NCBI GenBank assembly: GCA_964428615.1
Contig: CAYRXZ010000003.1
Coordinates: 1 to 61,268 of the forward strand
Origin: an uncultured Candidatus Saccharibacteria bacterium
GTDB lineage: Bacteria; Patescibacteriota; Minisyncoccia; UBA6257; UBA9933
Direction of reading: 5' to 3'
Length of the DNA stretch: 61,268 bases
Every line of letters begins with the position of its first letter. Position 1 is the first letter of the stretch. Shown piece after piece: positions 45,870 to 55,116 of the stretch. A program made the translations under genes and the position numbers. The notes under the pieces were generated by a model, which saw nothing but the letters and a program-made list of their open reading frames with translations, made no database searches and had not been told where the DNA came from.

Positions 45870-47243
45870 ATGACCTTAAAAACTAGGCGCTGCATATTTT
45901 ATGCTTTTATTGTTGTATTTATTGCCGTCGGAACCGGCGTTGTTTTCTACTCACAAGGCTGGCGGCCAGTTTTAAGTTGCCAAGTTGCAGAATTAAAAAA
46001 CTGCAAAATCGAATTCCAAAAAACCGGAGCAATTTTTATTGAAACTATTCCTAAAAGCGTAGAAATAAAAATTAACGGCAAAATTTTCAAAGATAAATCT
46101 GGACTTTTACAAAATGGCACATTTATAGATAATTTTTTGCCGAAAAATTATAAAATTGAAATTAGTAAAGACGATTATTTTGTATGGCAAAAAAATCTTT
46201 CTGTTAAATCGGGCATGGTGGCAGAAACAGGGAAAATTATTCTTATCCCAGAGAAAGTTTTATCACAAGAAATATTGAATATTGAAAAAGCCAACGCGTT
46301 CTGGGAAAAGAACAATAAAATTATTTATTCTAGTAGCAGCGCGCTTTATTACCATGGGCAAGACAAACCGATAAAATTAAAAGGGAATGATTTTACCGCC
46401 TGGAGCGAAGACGGAAGCAAATTTATAACCAAAGACACAGCAACTTTAATTTATTATTTTTATGCCTCAAATAATATTTCAAAAATTACCAATCTTAATT
46501 CTACTTTTAACGGTCTTTCTAAGACCCTTATCTCTGAAATAACTTTTCACCCAGCTGATTCAAATAAACTGATAATTAAAGCTAAAGACAGCGCGCTTTA
46601 TATCTTAGACTTAAATCGTTTGGCGATTGAAAGGGCAACACAAAAAATTACAACTTCATTTACTATAAAAAATCCTAATATTTTGTATGCTTCCGGAACC
46701 CAACTGCGTTCTTTTAATTTATTGCTAAAAACTGATGATTTAAAATTTGAATTGTCTAAAGATTTTATCGAACAAAAAATATCTGTCATTTCTTCAAGTG
46801 GTAATTCAATTTTTGTTCTTTTCAAAAACGGCGCTCTCTACTCTTTTAATCAGCAAAATCCAGCTGGAACAAAAATCGCAAGCTATGTTGAAAAATTTAT
46901 TGTTTCACCGGACAATAGGAAAATTGCTATTTGGGACGCCAGTAATAAATTAGATATTTATTTTATTGAAGATTATTATAGAGAATTTATCAAAAAGGCC
47001 GGCGATATAATCACCTTAAACACATATAAAGAATCAAAAATTAAAAATATCTTTTGGTATAAAGATTCACGCTATTTAATCGTTGAAACCGCAAAAAACA
47101 CCATTGAATTTATTGAAATTGACGACCGCCAACCGATAAATAATTATATATTATCGGAAAATTCTTCTGATATAAATTACAATCAAAACTCAAACCGCCT
47201 TTATTTCCTCCAAAAAAACAAAATATATTTTATGGAGATTTAA
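45870..47243 (+). CDS. Membrane-anchored PEGA-domain / beta-propeller-like envelope protein
   Basis: TM helix, then a PEGA-like segment (IETIPK.VEIKINGK.....G......LP.NYKIEISKDDY..W.K.L.V). ATG 45870 is preferred; the track start 45822 is TTG. Confidence 0.45.
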   Translation: MTLKTRRCIFYAFIVVFIAVGTGVVFYSQGWRPVLSCQVAELKNCKIEFQKTGAIFIETIPKSVEIKINGKIFKDKSGLLQNGTFIDNFLPKNYKIEISKDDYFVWQKNLSVKSGMVAETGKIILIPEKVLSQEILNIEKANAFWEKNNKIIYSSSSALYYHGQDKPIKLKGNDFTAWSEDGSKFITKDTATLIYYFYASNNISKITNLNSTFNGLSKTLISEITFHPADSNKLIIKAKDSALYILDLNRLAIERATQKITTSFTIKNPNILYASGTQLRSFNLLLKTDDLKFELSKDFIEQKISVISSSGNSIFVLFKNGALYSFNQQNPAGTKIASYVEKFIVSPDNRKIAIWDASNKLDIYFIEDYYREFIKKAGDIITLNTYKESKIKNIFWYKDSRYLIVETAKNTIEFIEIDDRQPINNYILSENSSDINYNQNSNRLYFLQKNKIYFMEI

Positions 47244-47310
47244 ATTGACGTAGATGTAAATTAGTCAAATTTTATTCTTGTTTTTTATACTCTTCGCTCT
47301 ATGTCTTACA

Positions 47311-48567
47311 TTACACCTCAAACCAACCATTAAGAATATTTTCTTTCATTATTTGTTCCATTTTTTCTTCGCCGAAATATTCCATAAAAATTTTATTCCA
47401 CATCGCCTCCTGATGATGATAAAGATACTTTATAAGCTCTTTTTCTTTTACCAAAGACATTGCAGTATCAATAAGATTAAAGCTTACCAACACATCAACA
47501 CCTGTTTCCGTCGAAAAATAATCTCCTACCCAATTAAGATTTTCCCAAAAGGCTAAATCCGCCGAAAAACCATTAAAAGATTTTCCGGTTTCAACAAGCA
47601 TTTTTTCCGCTCTTTCCCAATGCATTGCCTCAGGGTTAATATGAGGCTCAAAAAGCCGCCAATCATTCTCATCATCTTTGGCAAGATATCTTTGAATAAC
47701 CAACCAATGAATTTTACCGTTATCGGGCAAGCTTAATCGATTTTCAACTAAATCTCCCCGTAAAAGAGAAATTACATTTCCAGCAAAGTTATTTTTTTCT
47801 TCAGATGCCTTGCGGAATAATTCAGAATAAAATTTAACTTCACTGAAATAATGTAAAATTAATCCAAAATTACGCAATGTCTCTCCAGATATTTCCAAAG
47901 AAAGTGGAATAACATAGATTATTCCCATTTCTTTTAAATGGCTGATGTTGTGATACTTATGGCTCACAAAACTTTTGGCAATTTCTGCCCATCTTTCCGG
48001 AAGGGCTAAAACCTTCACTTCTCTTTCTTCAAAATCTTTCGGAGATAAATTTTCATATTGCTTGAAAAAATTCTTATTAAGCCATTCGTTCCCCTCTACA
48101 AACCTCAAGGCAGAGAAAATTTCAAAAACGTCTTCTTTTTTAAGCATTTCATTAACCGACTCATAATTCAACGCTTTAAGAATTTTTTCGGGTGGATTTT
48201 TTTGTAAAAATTCAATAGCCTTTTCTTTTTTTAAGAAAAAACCCTTTGGCTTGCCATAAACACTCCTGGCAATTTCTAAAACTCTTTGCCAATCTTCCGG
48301 CGAAACCGCTGAAGGCTCGCCAAAAGCCATAAAAAGTTTCCCGTTATCAGCCTCTATTTTACTTATTAAAGCATCGTAAACTTGCTTGGCGTTTAAGTTT
48401 CTACCCAAGCCCAAACAATCAAGACGTTCCCTGATTATTTCTTCGTTTTCCACGACAATTTTTTCCATTACCGATTTTTTTCCGGTTAATGCGCCAAGAC
48501 GTTCTTCCAACAAACGGATACTATCTTTATCGGCGCGGAGAATTTTGGCTATTTTTTCGTATGGCAT
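47311..48567 (-). CDS. Conserved-looking hypothetical protein (418 aa), no recognisable domain
   Basis: Long uninterrupted ORF with balanced composition. Its start overlaps the 3' end of the PfkB kinase gene by 19 nt. Confidence 0.7.
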   Translation of the reverse strand: MPYEKIAKILRADKDSIRLLEERLGALTGKKSVMEKIVVENEEIIRERLDCLGLGRNLNAKQVYDALISKIEADNGKLFMAFGEPSAVSPEDWQRVLEIARSVYGKPKGFFLKKEKAIEFLQKNPPEKILKALNYESVNEMLKKEDVFEIFSALRFVEGNEWLNKNFFKQYENLSPKDFEEREVKVLALPERWAEIAKSFVSHKYHNISHLKEMGIIYVIPLSLEISGETLRNFGLILHYFSEVKFYSELFRKASEEKNNFAGNVISLLRGDLVENRLSLPDNGKIHWLVIQRYLAKDDENDWRLFEPHINPEAMHWERAEKMLVETGKSFNGFSADLAFWENLNWVGDYFSTETGVDVLVSFNLIDTAMSLVKEKELIKYLYHHQEAMWNKIFMEYFGEEKMEQIMKENILNGWFEV

Positions 48568-49532
48568 GAAATTTTTAATTTATTTAATTTCTTATCGTCA
48601 AACTCATTCTTTCTCAAGATTCCTTCTTTTGCCCCGATTTTTCCAACAACCGAAGTAGCATTGGCAGAACCCAATCTAATTGCATATTCTATTATCTCTT
48701 TATTTTTATCACTTGTCGCCTGCCGCTTGATAAGTCCCGCTACAAAACCGCTTCCAAAAGCATCTCCTGCTCCGGTTCTATCAATAATTTTCCCGCCTAA
48801 AATTCCGGCACGATAAATATTTTTACCATCAGAAACCACAACTCCCTTTGAGCCATTAGTCATTACCATTATTCCTTTTTCCGCTCTATCAAGCTTTTTA
48901 AAAATTTCTTTTTCTTTTTTTATATTTATGCCTGTTAAAATCGCTCCTTCTTCTGAATTTAAAATTAAAACTTCGGTTTTATCCAATAACGGCTTTATTT
49001 TTCTTAGCCCCATATTAATAAATCTTTTCGAAGGGTTAAATGCTATTAAGGTTTTATTTTTTGAAAAATGATTAAATATCTTTTCTATTGTCTGGTACGA
49101 AATATCTCCGGGAGCAATGTAAATCCATTTACTTTTTAATTTGCCAAAAGAAATATCTGAAACGCTTAAATCACTCGAAGCGCCATAATAAACTAAAATT
49201 GTCCGCTCTCCAGAAGAATTAAGTAAAATAGTTGAATAATCGCTTCCTTTTTTGTTATCTTTTATCACAAACGGAAATATTTTTTCCTTTTTTATTTTCT
49301 CTAAAATGTAATCCGCGGACTCGTCATTTCCAACTTTAAATAATGCTGCGGTTTTCAAACCCTGACGGCTAAACGTCACCGCTGCGTTTGTTGAACCTCC
49401 ACCGGTTGAAAAAATAGCTTTTTCAATTTCAAATTTCTTACCCAAACCATCATTGCATAATAAAGTTTTAAAATTTTTACCTAATAAAAAAATATCCCTT
49501 GTCGCCGAACCGATTGTTATAATGTCAAACAT
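48549..49532 (-). CDS. PfkB-family carbohydrate/nucleoside kinase
   Basis: N-terminal I.TIG....D and GGG..N.A di-Gly motif; C-terminal DRTGAGDAF..GF..G (PfkB signature 2). Confidence 0.88.
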   Translation of the reverse strand: MFDIITIGSATRDIFLLGKNFKTLLCNDGLGKKFEIEKAIFSTGGGSTNAAVTFSRQGLKTAALFKVGNDESADYILEKIKKEKIFPFVIKDNKKGSDYSTILLNSSGERTILVYYGASSDLSVSDISFGKLKSKWIYIAPGDISYQTIEKIFNHFSKNKTLIAFNPSKRFINMGLRKIKPLLDKTEVLILNSEEGAILTGINIKKEKEIFKKLDRAEKGIMVMTNGSKGVVVSDGKNIYRAGILGGKIIDRTGAGDAFGSGFVAGLIKRQATSDKNKEIIEYAIRLGSANATSVVGKIGAKEGILRKNEFDDKKLNKLKISCHTKK

Positions 49533-49538
49533 TATTTA

Positions 49539-49567
49539 ATTTTAACAATTACCGGAATTTTTAGCAA
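49539..49567 (-). promoter_or_regulatory. Candidate promoter giving a leaderless pfkB-family transcript
   Basis: Minus strand TTGCTA-N17-TAAAAT. The -10 ends 6 nt before ATG 49532, and there is no SD. Confidence 0.45.
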
Positions 49568-49571
49568 ATAA

Positions 49572-49601
49572 ATCCCACACATAACAAGTTATGTGTGGGA
49601 T
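49572..49601. repeat. Short copy D of the TCCCACACATAAC palindromic element
   Basis: Perfect 14-bp arms ATCCCACACATAAC / GTTATGTGTGGGAT around a 2-nt centre. Sits between a terminator and the pfkB promoter. Confidence 0.9.
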
Positions 49602-49628
49602 AAAAAAGCCCCGTTAATAACCCGGGGC
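49601..49628 (-). terminator. Rho-independent terminator after the 225-aa ORF
   Basis: Minus strand GCCCCG-GGUUAUUAA-CGGGGC, followed by UUUUUUA. Confidence 0.75.
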
Positions 49629-49652
49629 TTCCGCTAAAAAAGCGGGACGAAC

Positions 49653-50330
49653 CTACAAAACGAAAACCGGTCGTGCATAAATTAGCGGTAAATTTCTGCA
49701 CCATCTCACACTCGACAAACCTGTTTTCCCGCCAATGCAAAGCCTTCCTCTTACCTTCTTATTACCAATGCCACCGCTTAAGAAAAACTCATTACAAAAA
49801 GCGGTCTTGCTTAATAATGAACGAGGCATATGAGGAAAAAGCTGAGGAAAAACATTAGATTCAATAAATCGTTCGTAACGAACCACGGGTTCGGGTCCAA
49901 TCTTTCTAATCGCGTCTAATGAAGGAAAAGCTCCGGTATCTATTAAAACCGAAGATGCCAAAAGCGTATAATGAGACTTGTGTTTGAAAACCAAAGAAGC
50001 TCGTTCCCCTTCAATTTCGATCTCGGCAATCCTTTTTGTGTGGACTGCCAAATAAAAAGATTTTTCTGGTTTTTCTTTCCAGCCAGGAAAATCCGCATCT
50101 TCCGACATTAAAATCTCCGGTATAAAATGCGGTTCAAGATTAAGCTCAGCCCAAAATCCAATCTTACTTTCTCCATAATTAGCCAAAGCCTCGGAAAAAG
50201 TTCTAAGATTAAATTTTTTGCCGAAAAAATTACGGTGATATTCATTTTCTCTTTCCAGGATATCCGCGATTAATCCTTTTTGAGGAAAAAATAATCTTTT
50301 TGCAACCGCTACTATCTCATTCCCATTCAT
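49653..50330 (-). CDS. Hypothetical protein (225 aa), no recognisable domain
   Basis: Strong AAGGAGG Shine-Dalgarno 7 nt upstream. Own terminator. The 3' part is visibly GC-richer than its surroundings. Confidence 0.65.
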   Translation of the reverse strand: MNGNEIVAVAKRLFFPQKGLIADILERENEYHRNFFGKKFNLRTFSEALANYGESKIGFWAELNLEPHFIPEILMSEDADFPGWKEKPEKSFYLAVHTKRIAEIEIEGERASLVFKHKSHYTLLASSVLIDTGAFPSLDAIRKIGPEPVVRYERFIESNVFPQLFPHMPRSLLSKTAFCNEFFLSGGIGNKKVRGRLCIGGKTGLSSVRWCRNLPLIYARPVFVL

Positions 50331-50395
50331 AATCTAACCTCCTTTTTTTATTTTCAATGTTCCTTATTTAAGGGTAATTAATTTAAATTAATTTG

Positions 50396-51166
50396 TCAAA
50401 TACTAAAAAGTTCTTGTGCATTTTTGGTTGTCTGCTCCTCTATTTCCCCCAAAGACAAATTTTTTATTTCTGCGATTTTTTTCGCCACCTCAACAACATA
50501 CAATGGTTCGTTTCTTTTTCCCCTATAAGGATTTGGGGTTAAAAATGGACAATCTGTTTCAATCAAAATATCTTCAAGTGGAGTTTTCAAAATAACTTCG
50601 TCATAGTCCCGGCTAAAAGTAATTATACCATTAAAAGCGATTTTAAATCCTATTTCGTGATATTTCTCCGCTTGTTCAAGATTTCCGGAAAAACTATGAA
50701 GAACACCAGAGCGAGTATTTTGTATTGAGTATTTTGTATTTAGTATACTAATTAAATCATTATGAGCTCCGCGACAATGAATAATTAACGGTTTTTTTAA
50801 TTCCAGCGCCAGTTCAATTTGTTTTTTAAAAATTTCTTTTTGTTTATTTTTATTTTCTATTTCGTCGTCTTTAATTCTGTAATAATCCAATCCCGTTTCG
50901 CCGATTGCCACAACTCTTTTATTTTTTGCTAATTCTTTAATAGTAGAATAATCAAACTCTTCTTTTGAATCGTTTGGGTGGAAACCCACAGCCGCGTAAA
51001 CACTAGAATATTTTTCAGCCAACTCAATAGCTTTTTTTGAAGTTTTAAAATCGACGCCGACATTTATCATAAAAACGCCGTTCTCTAACGCTCCTTTAAT
51101 AACTTTGTCTGCGTCATTCTTATAATCCCCTAAATTCAAATGAGCATGAGTGTCTATAAACATCAC
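50396..51166 (-). CDS. tatD: TatD-family metal-dependent hydrolase/DNase
   Basis: MFIDTHAHL, GE.GLDY, IH.R.A, HSFSG, ETD.P.L.P.P.RG..NEP. Confidence 0.93.
   Translation of the reverse strand: MMFIDTHAHLNLGDYKNDADKVIKGALENGVFMINVGVDFKTSKKAIELAEKYSSVYAAVGFHPNDSKEEFDYSTIKELAKNKRVVAIGETGLDYYRIKDDEIENKNKQKEIFKKQIELALELKKPLIIHCRGAHNDLISILNTKYSIQNTRSGVLHSFSGNLEQAEKYHEIGFKIAFNGIITFSRDYDEVILKTPLEDILIETDCPFLTPNPYRGKRNEPLYVVEVAKKIAEIKNLSLGEIEEQTTKNAQELFSI
50714..50747. repeat. Tandem 14-nt duplication (GAGTATTTTGTATT x2 plus a partial third) inside tatD
   Basis: Read directly at 50714-50727 and 50728-50741, followed by TAGTAT. Confidence 0.9.
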
Positions 51167-52623
51167 TGTATCCTCGGAAACAAATTAAGTTTTTCTTTTT
51201 GCTCGCTAAGATTTTTAAGATAATTTTCTACTTTTTCCATTTTTGCAGGCATAAACGGCTTAAGCCAAAAAATAATTTTTTCCGAACTAAACATTAAACC
51301 ACTTAAAATCTTTTTTGTTTCATCACTTTTATCATCCACTAAACTCCAAGGCTTTTTATTATTAATATACTTATCTATTGTACCAGCAAATAATAAAACG
51401 TCTTTTAGCGCTTCATAAAATTGAAAATTTGACATTTTTTCGGAATAAGCTTTTTCCGTTTGCTCGTACAAATTTAAAATTACTTGGTCGACACCGGCAT
51501 TTTTTATATTTTCAACTCCATACTTCAAAACCATAGAAAAAGTCCTTTCAAAAAGATTTCCTATACCATTCGCCAAATCGGCATTATATCGATTTTCAAA
51601 TTTTTCATAACTGAAATCACCATCATCGGTAGTCGGAAATTCCGCCAAAAAGAAATAGCGCGTGACATCAACTCCATATTTTTCAACCAATTCAAACGGA
51701 TCAATAATATTTCCCAAAGATTTGGACATTTTTTGCCCATCAACAGTAATAAAGCCATGTGCAAAAATAATATCAGGTGTATTTAAACCAACCGAATAAA
51801 GTATTGCCGGCCAATAAACCGCGTGGAATTTTAATATATCTTTTCCGACGACATGAATTTTTCTATCATTTTTTTGCCAAAAATTTTCAAATTTTTCGCC
51901 GCCCTTGCCAAAACCCAAAGCAGTAATGTAATTACTCAAAGCGTCAAACCAGACCCAAATTTTCTGGCTCGAATCTCCCGGAACGTCTATGCCCCAACCA
52001 TGAGCCCGCTCGCTTGAACGCGAAATACAAATGTCTTCAAGCCCCTTGTTTATAAAAGCCAAAATTTCATTCTTCCGGCTTTGAGGAATAATTTTTATCT
52101 TTTCTTTTTCAATTAAATCTTTTAAATAATCCTGATATTTTGAAAGTTTGAAAAAATAATTTTCTTCTTCTAAAAATTCCGGCTTGGTTAAATGCGTCGG
52201 ACAAAGCCCGTTTTCAAGTTCACTTTCTTTATAAAAAGTCTCGCAAGAAACACAATAAAGCCCCGAATATTTCTTTTTAAAGATATCCTTTTCGCAGGCT
52301 TTCCAAAGTTTTTGAACACCCAAAGTATGGCGCTCTTCTGTTGTTCTTATAAAATCGTCTAAAGATAAATCGAAAATATCCTTAAGTTCAAAAAATTTAT
52401 CGGCATTTTTTTTAACTAATTCATTTACCGAAACACCGGCAGTTTCCGCGGCACGAACATTTTTTAAGCTATTTTCGTCGGTGCCGCTCAAAAAAAACAC
52501 CTCTCTTCCAAGCAAACGCTCCCTTCTTGCAAAAACGTCGGCGAATATTTTTTCAAGAGCGTGGCCTATATGCGGAAAAGCGTTAACATAATCTATAGCA
52601 GTTGAAATAAAAGTCTTACCCAT
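51163..52623 (-). CDS. metG: Methionyl-tRNA synthetase
   Basis: YVNAFPHIGHA (HIGH region), KMSKSLGN, Zn knuckle C..C...C. ATG 52623 overlaps the upstream stop (TGATG); the track start 52668 is TTG. Confidence 0.95.
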   Translation of the reverse strand: MGKTFISTAIDYVNAFPHIGHALEKIFADVFARRERLLGREVFFLSGTDENSLKNVRAAETAGVSVNELVKKNADKFFELKDIFDLSLDDFIRTTEERHTLGVQKLWKACEKDIFKKKYSGLYCVSCETFYKESELENGLCPTHLTKPEFLEEENYFFKLSKYQDYLKDLIEKEKIKIIPQSRKNEILAFINKGLEDICISRSSERAHGWGIDVPGDSSQKIWVWFDALSNYITALGFGKGGEKFENFWQKNDRKIHVVGKDILKFHAVYWPAILYSVGLNTPDIIFAHGFITVDGQKMSKSLGNIIDPFELVEKYGVDVTRYFFLAEFPTTDDGDFSYEKFENRYNADLANGIGNLFERTFSMVLKYGVENIKNAGVDQVILNLYEQTEKAYSEKMSNFQFYEALKDVLLFAGTIDKYINNKKPWSLVDDKSDETKKILSGLMFSSEKIIFWLKPFMPAKMEKVENYLKNLSEQKEKLNLFPRIQ

Positions 52624-53645
52624 CAATTCATTGTTAATTTTCCAGCGCGCATCTTTCTTGTTTCCCAATCAAGAATAATTTCCTGAAGAATAACCGCTGT
52701 CGGGATCGCCAGAATCACTCCGACAAACCCGGCAATTTGCGCGCCTGCCAAAAGTGAAAAAATCACAACTACCGGACTCATACCAATAATTTTTTTCATA
52801 ATCAAAGGAACTAAAATATGATTTTCAATTTGTTGAACCACCAAAAAGATTATTATTGAGTAAAGCGCTAAAACCCACGATTGTGGAAGAATTGTCACAA
52901 AAGCAATTGCGCCCGCCAAAAGTGGTCCAACAACCGGCAATATCTCTAAAGCTCCGGTTAAAATTGCAATAAGCAAAGCGTGCTTCACACCCAATGCCCA
53001 AAGTCCAAAAAATGTCATTGCTCCAACTAAAAGCATTAAAACAATCTGACACTGAAACCAAAAGCCAAGCTTCTTTCTCGCTCTGAAATAAATTTTAATA
53101 ACATGTTCTTCATAAGCAACGGGCAAAAGAGTTTTTAAGAGATTTTCAACGCCGTATTGATTTATAGTTAAATAAAAAGAAATTACCAAAATTATAAGCG
53201 CCATTGCCAAATTTCCAAAAGCCGCAGTAGCAAAACTCAAAAATGAACCTCCATTATTAAAGATAACATTCGTTAAACTCCCTAGTGTATTAATATATTT
53301 ATTCAAATCTACAACTTGAGAAACATCAAATTGTCCAAAAATCGGCAATTCTATATTTGAAACATTTTTTAAAAAATTTTGGAGTTCATAAATAACCGTC
53401 GGCACAATGGCATATAAAATTAAAGAAAAAGCCGTTAATACTACCAAGAAAACAAAAATAGTGCCTAAAATTCTAGGAACTTTTTTACGTTGAAGCCAGC
53501 TTACTATTCCATCGAGCGCCGAAGAAATTATAATTGCCACGAAAAGCACTATTAAAGCTTCACGCGCCAAAAACGCAGCCGAAACTAAAACGACCACAAA
53601 AAATATTCTCCATAAGCTCATCCATGAAATTTCAAACTTGTTCAT
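52623..53645 (-). CDS. AI-2E family transporter (UPF0118/PerM-like permease)
   Basis: Eight-TM profile with the family's C-terminal conserved segment (E..P.VGP...........L......................Q..EN....P...G......P). ATG 53645 is preferred, since MCG lies in the repeat arm. Confidence 0.75.
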   Translation of the reverse strand: MNKFEISWMSLWRIFFVVVLVSAAFLAREALIVLFVAIIISSALDGIVSWLQRKKVPRILGTIFVFLVVLTAFSLILYAIVPTVIYELQNFLKNVSNIELPIFGQFDVSQVVDLNKYINTLGSLTNVIFNNGGSFLSFATAAFGNLAMALIILVISFYLTINQYGVENLLKTLLPVAYEEHVIKIYFRARKKLGFWFQCQIVLMLLVGAMTFFGLWALGVKHALLIAILTGALEILPVVGPLLAGAIAFVTILPQSWVLALYSIIIFLVVQQIENHILVPLIMKKIIGMSPVVVIFSLLAGAQIAGFVGVILAIPTAVILQEIILDWETRKMRAGKLTMN

Positions 53646-53765
53646 CCCACACATAACTTACACAATCAACAATATGATTTTTAAATTGTGTAATTTTAAT
53701 AATTTTTAAGTTAACTATTCCAACCCACATATAAGCTTTTTATCAATGTAAGTTATGTGTGGGAT
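53644..53765. repeat. Long copy B of the TCCCACACATAAC palindromic element (MITE-like, 122 bp)
   Basis: Perfect 18-bp terminal inverted repeats identical to copy A (53644-53661 / 53748-53765). Shares internal blocks CACAATCAAC, AAATTGTGTAATTTTAATAATTTTT and AACCCACAT. Confidence 0.85.
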
Positions 53766-53782
53766 TAATCTCTTTTTTTATT

Positions 53783-55057
53783 TTAGCGGAATTTCAAAAT
53801 TTGTTCAAATCGCGGTTTCTCTTTAAAAGGTCCTATTATGGCAAGATTAAGCTTGCTGTTTTTAAAAATATCTTTGGCAACAGCCAATATTTCTTCCGAT
53901 TTTACTGCTTGAATTTTCTTTATGGCTTCTTCGGGAGAAATTATTTTTCTAATAATAATTTCCTGCCCGCCGTAAAAAGCCGCTAATTGGTCAGAGGTTT
54001 CAAGCCCCATTATTAAATTACCAATACTATGGTCCTTTACTCTTTGAAGCTCTTCTTTTTTTATCTGTTCTTTTGCCAATTTTTCAAACTCCTCAATAAT
54101 TACCTTTGTCACTTCACTGACTTTATTATTGTCTATCCCGGCTGAGGCGGTTAAAAATCCATGATCACTTAACAAGTCCGCCTCGGCTCTTACGTAATAT
54201 GCCGCTCCCATTTCTTCACGTATTTTTTGAAACAATCTAGAACTCATCCCTCCGCCTAAAATATCGACGAGCAAATCAATCGCATACTTATGCTTGTCAA
54301 AAATATCGAAAGCGCGAACTCCCACTACCAAATGCGCCTGGTCTGTTTCTTTTGTTTTTAAAAAAATCTGCGGAGATTTTTGTTTTTCAATTGTTTTTAA
54401 TTTTTGATTCTTCTTGCCGGTTCTTATTCCCAAAAACGCTTTTTCTATTTTTTTAATCGCTTCTTTCTCATTAAAATTTCCAGCAATAACAACAACCGTA
54501 GATTTCGCCAAGTAATGATTTTTTTGATATTCGACAAAATCATTTCTATTTATTCTTCTAATAATTTCTTTTTTTCCCACAATATCCCATCCAGCTGGCT
54601 GATCGCCATAAAGCAAATTCGTAAAAAACTCCTGAACCCTTCTCATTGGTAAATCTTCATACATATTTATTTCTTCAATTATAACCCCTCTCTCTTTATC
54701 AATCTCTTTCTGATCAAAAACCGGATTAATATAAATATCCGAAACAACATCCAAAATTTCGTCAAAATGCTTTGGTTGAGCCTTAGTATAATAACCGGTA
54801 TATTGATTTGAAGTAAAAGCGTTATAAGCTGCACCGATAGCATCCAATTCCGAAGTAATATCAAGACTACTAAGACGCTTTTCAGTACCTTTAAAACACA
54901 TATGTTCTAAGAAATGTGAAATACCATTGTTTTTTCTGGTTTCGTATTCCGAACCGGCCTCAACTAAAACCAAAACCGTAGTCGTTAAAGCATCCGCCAT
55001 CGGAACAGAGATTATACGAAGGCCGTTTTTAAGGAGAATTTTATTACTTTTATGCAT
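53783..55057 (-). CDS. M16-family zinc peptidase (insulinase/pitrilysin-like)
   Basis: Inverted zinc motif GISHFLEHMCFKGT (HxxEH) plus a downstream Glu. Two-domain length. Confidence 0.9.
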   Translation of the reverse strand: MHKSNKILLKNGLRIISVPMADALTTTVLVLVEAGSEYETRKNNGISHFLEHMCFKGTEKRLSSLDITSELDAIGAAYNAFTSNQYTGYYTKAQPKHFDEILDVVSDIYINPVFDQKEIDKERGVIIEEINMYEDLPMRRVQEFFTNLLYGDQPAGWDIVGKKEIIRRINRNDFVEYQKNHYLAKSTVVVIAGNFNEKEAIKKIEKAFLGIRTGKKNQKLKTIEKQKSPQIFLKTKETDQAHLVVGVRAFDIFDKHKYAIDLLVDILGGGMSSRLFQKIREEMGAAYYVRAEADLLSDHGFLTASAGIDNNKVSEVTKVIIEEFEKLAKEQIKKEELQRVKDHSIGNLIMGLETSDQLAAFYGGQEIIIRKIISPEEAIKKIQAVKSEEILAVAKDIFKNSKLNLAIIGPFKEKPRFEQILKFR

Positions 55058-55116
55058 TAATTAAGTTTACCAAAAAAAAGCTAAGAAAACAATAAGCTAA
55101 ATTTTGAATTAAACTT

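Noticed and set aside
52623-52668. N-terminal extensions given by the ORF track for metG and, similarly, typA, rplR, rpmF, rpsN, the PEGA protein, the thioredoxin-like protein and the 14619 gene.
   Set aside because: The extended starts are TTG codons that add non-conserved residues or create long overlaps. Internal ATGs restore canonical N-termini and the usual 1-4-nt gene junctions.
3308-53765. Considered whether the recurring palindromes represent a CRISPR array.
   Set aside because: The copies are tens of kb apart, not regularly spaced, have no spacer-like unique inserts of uniform size, and no cas genes are present.
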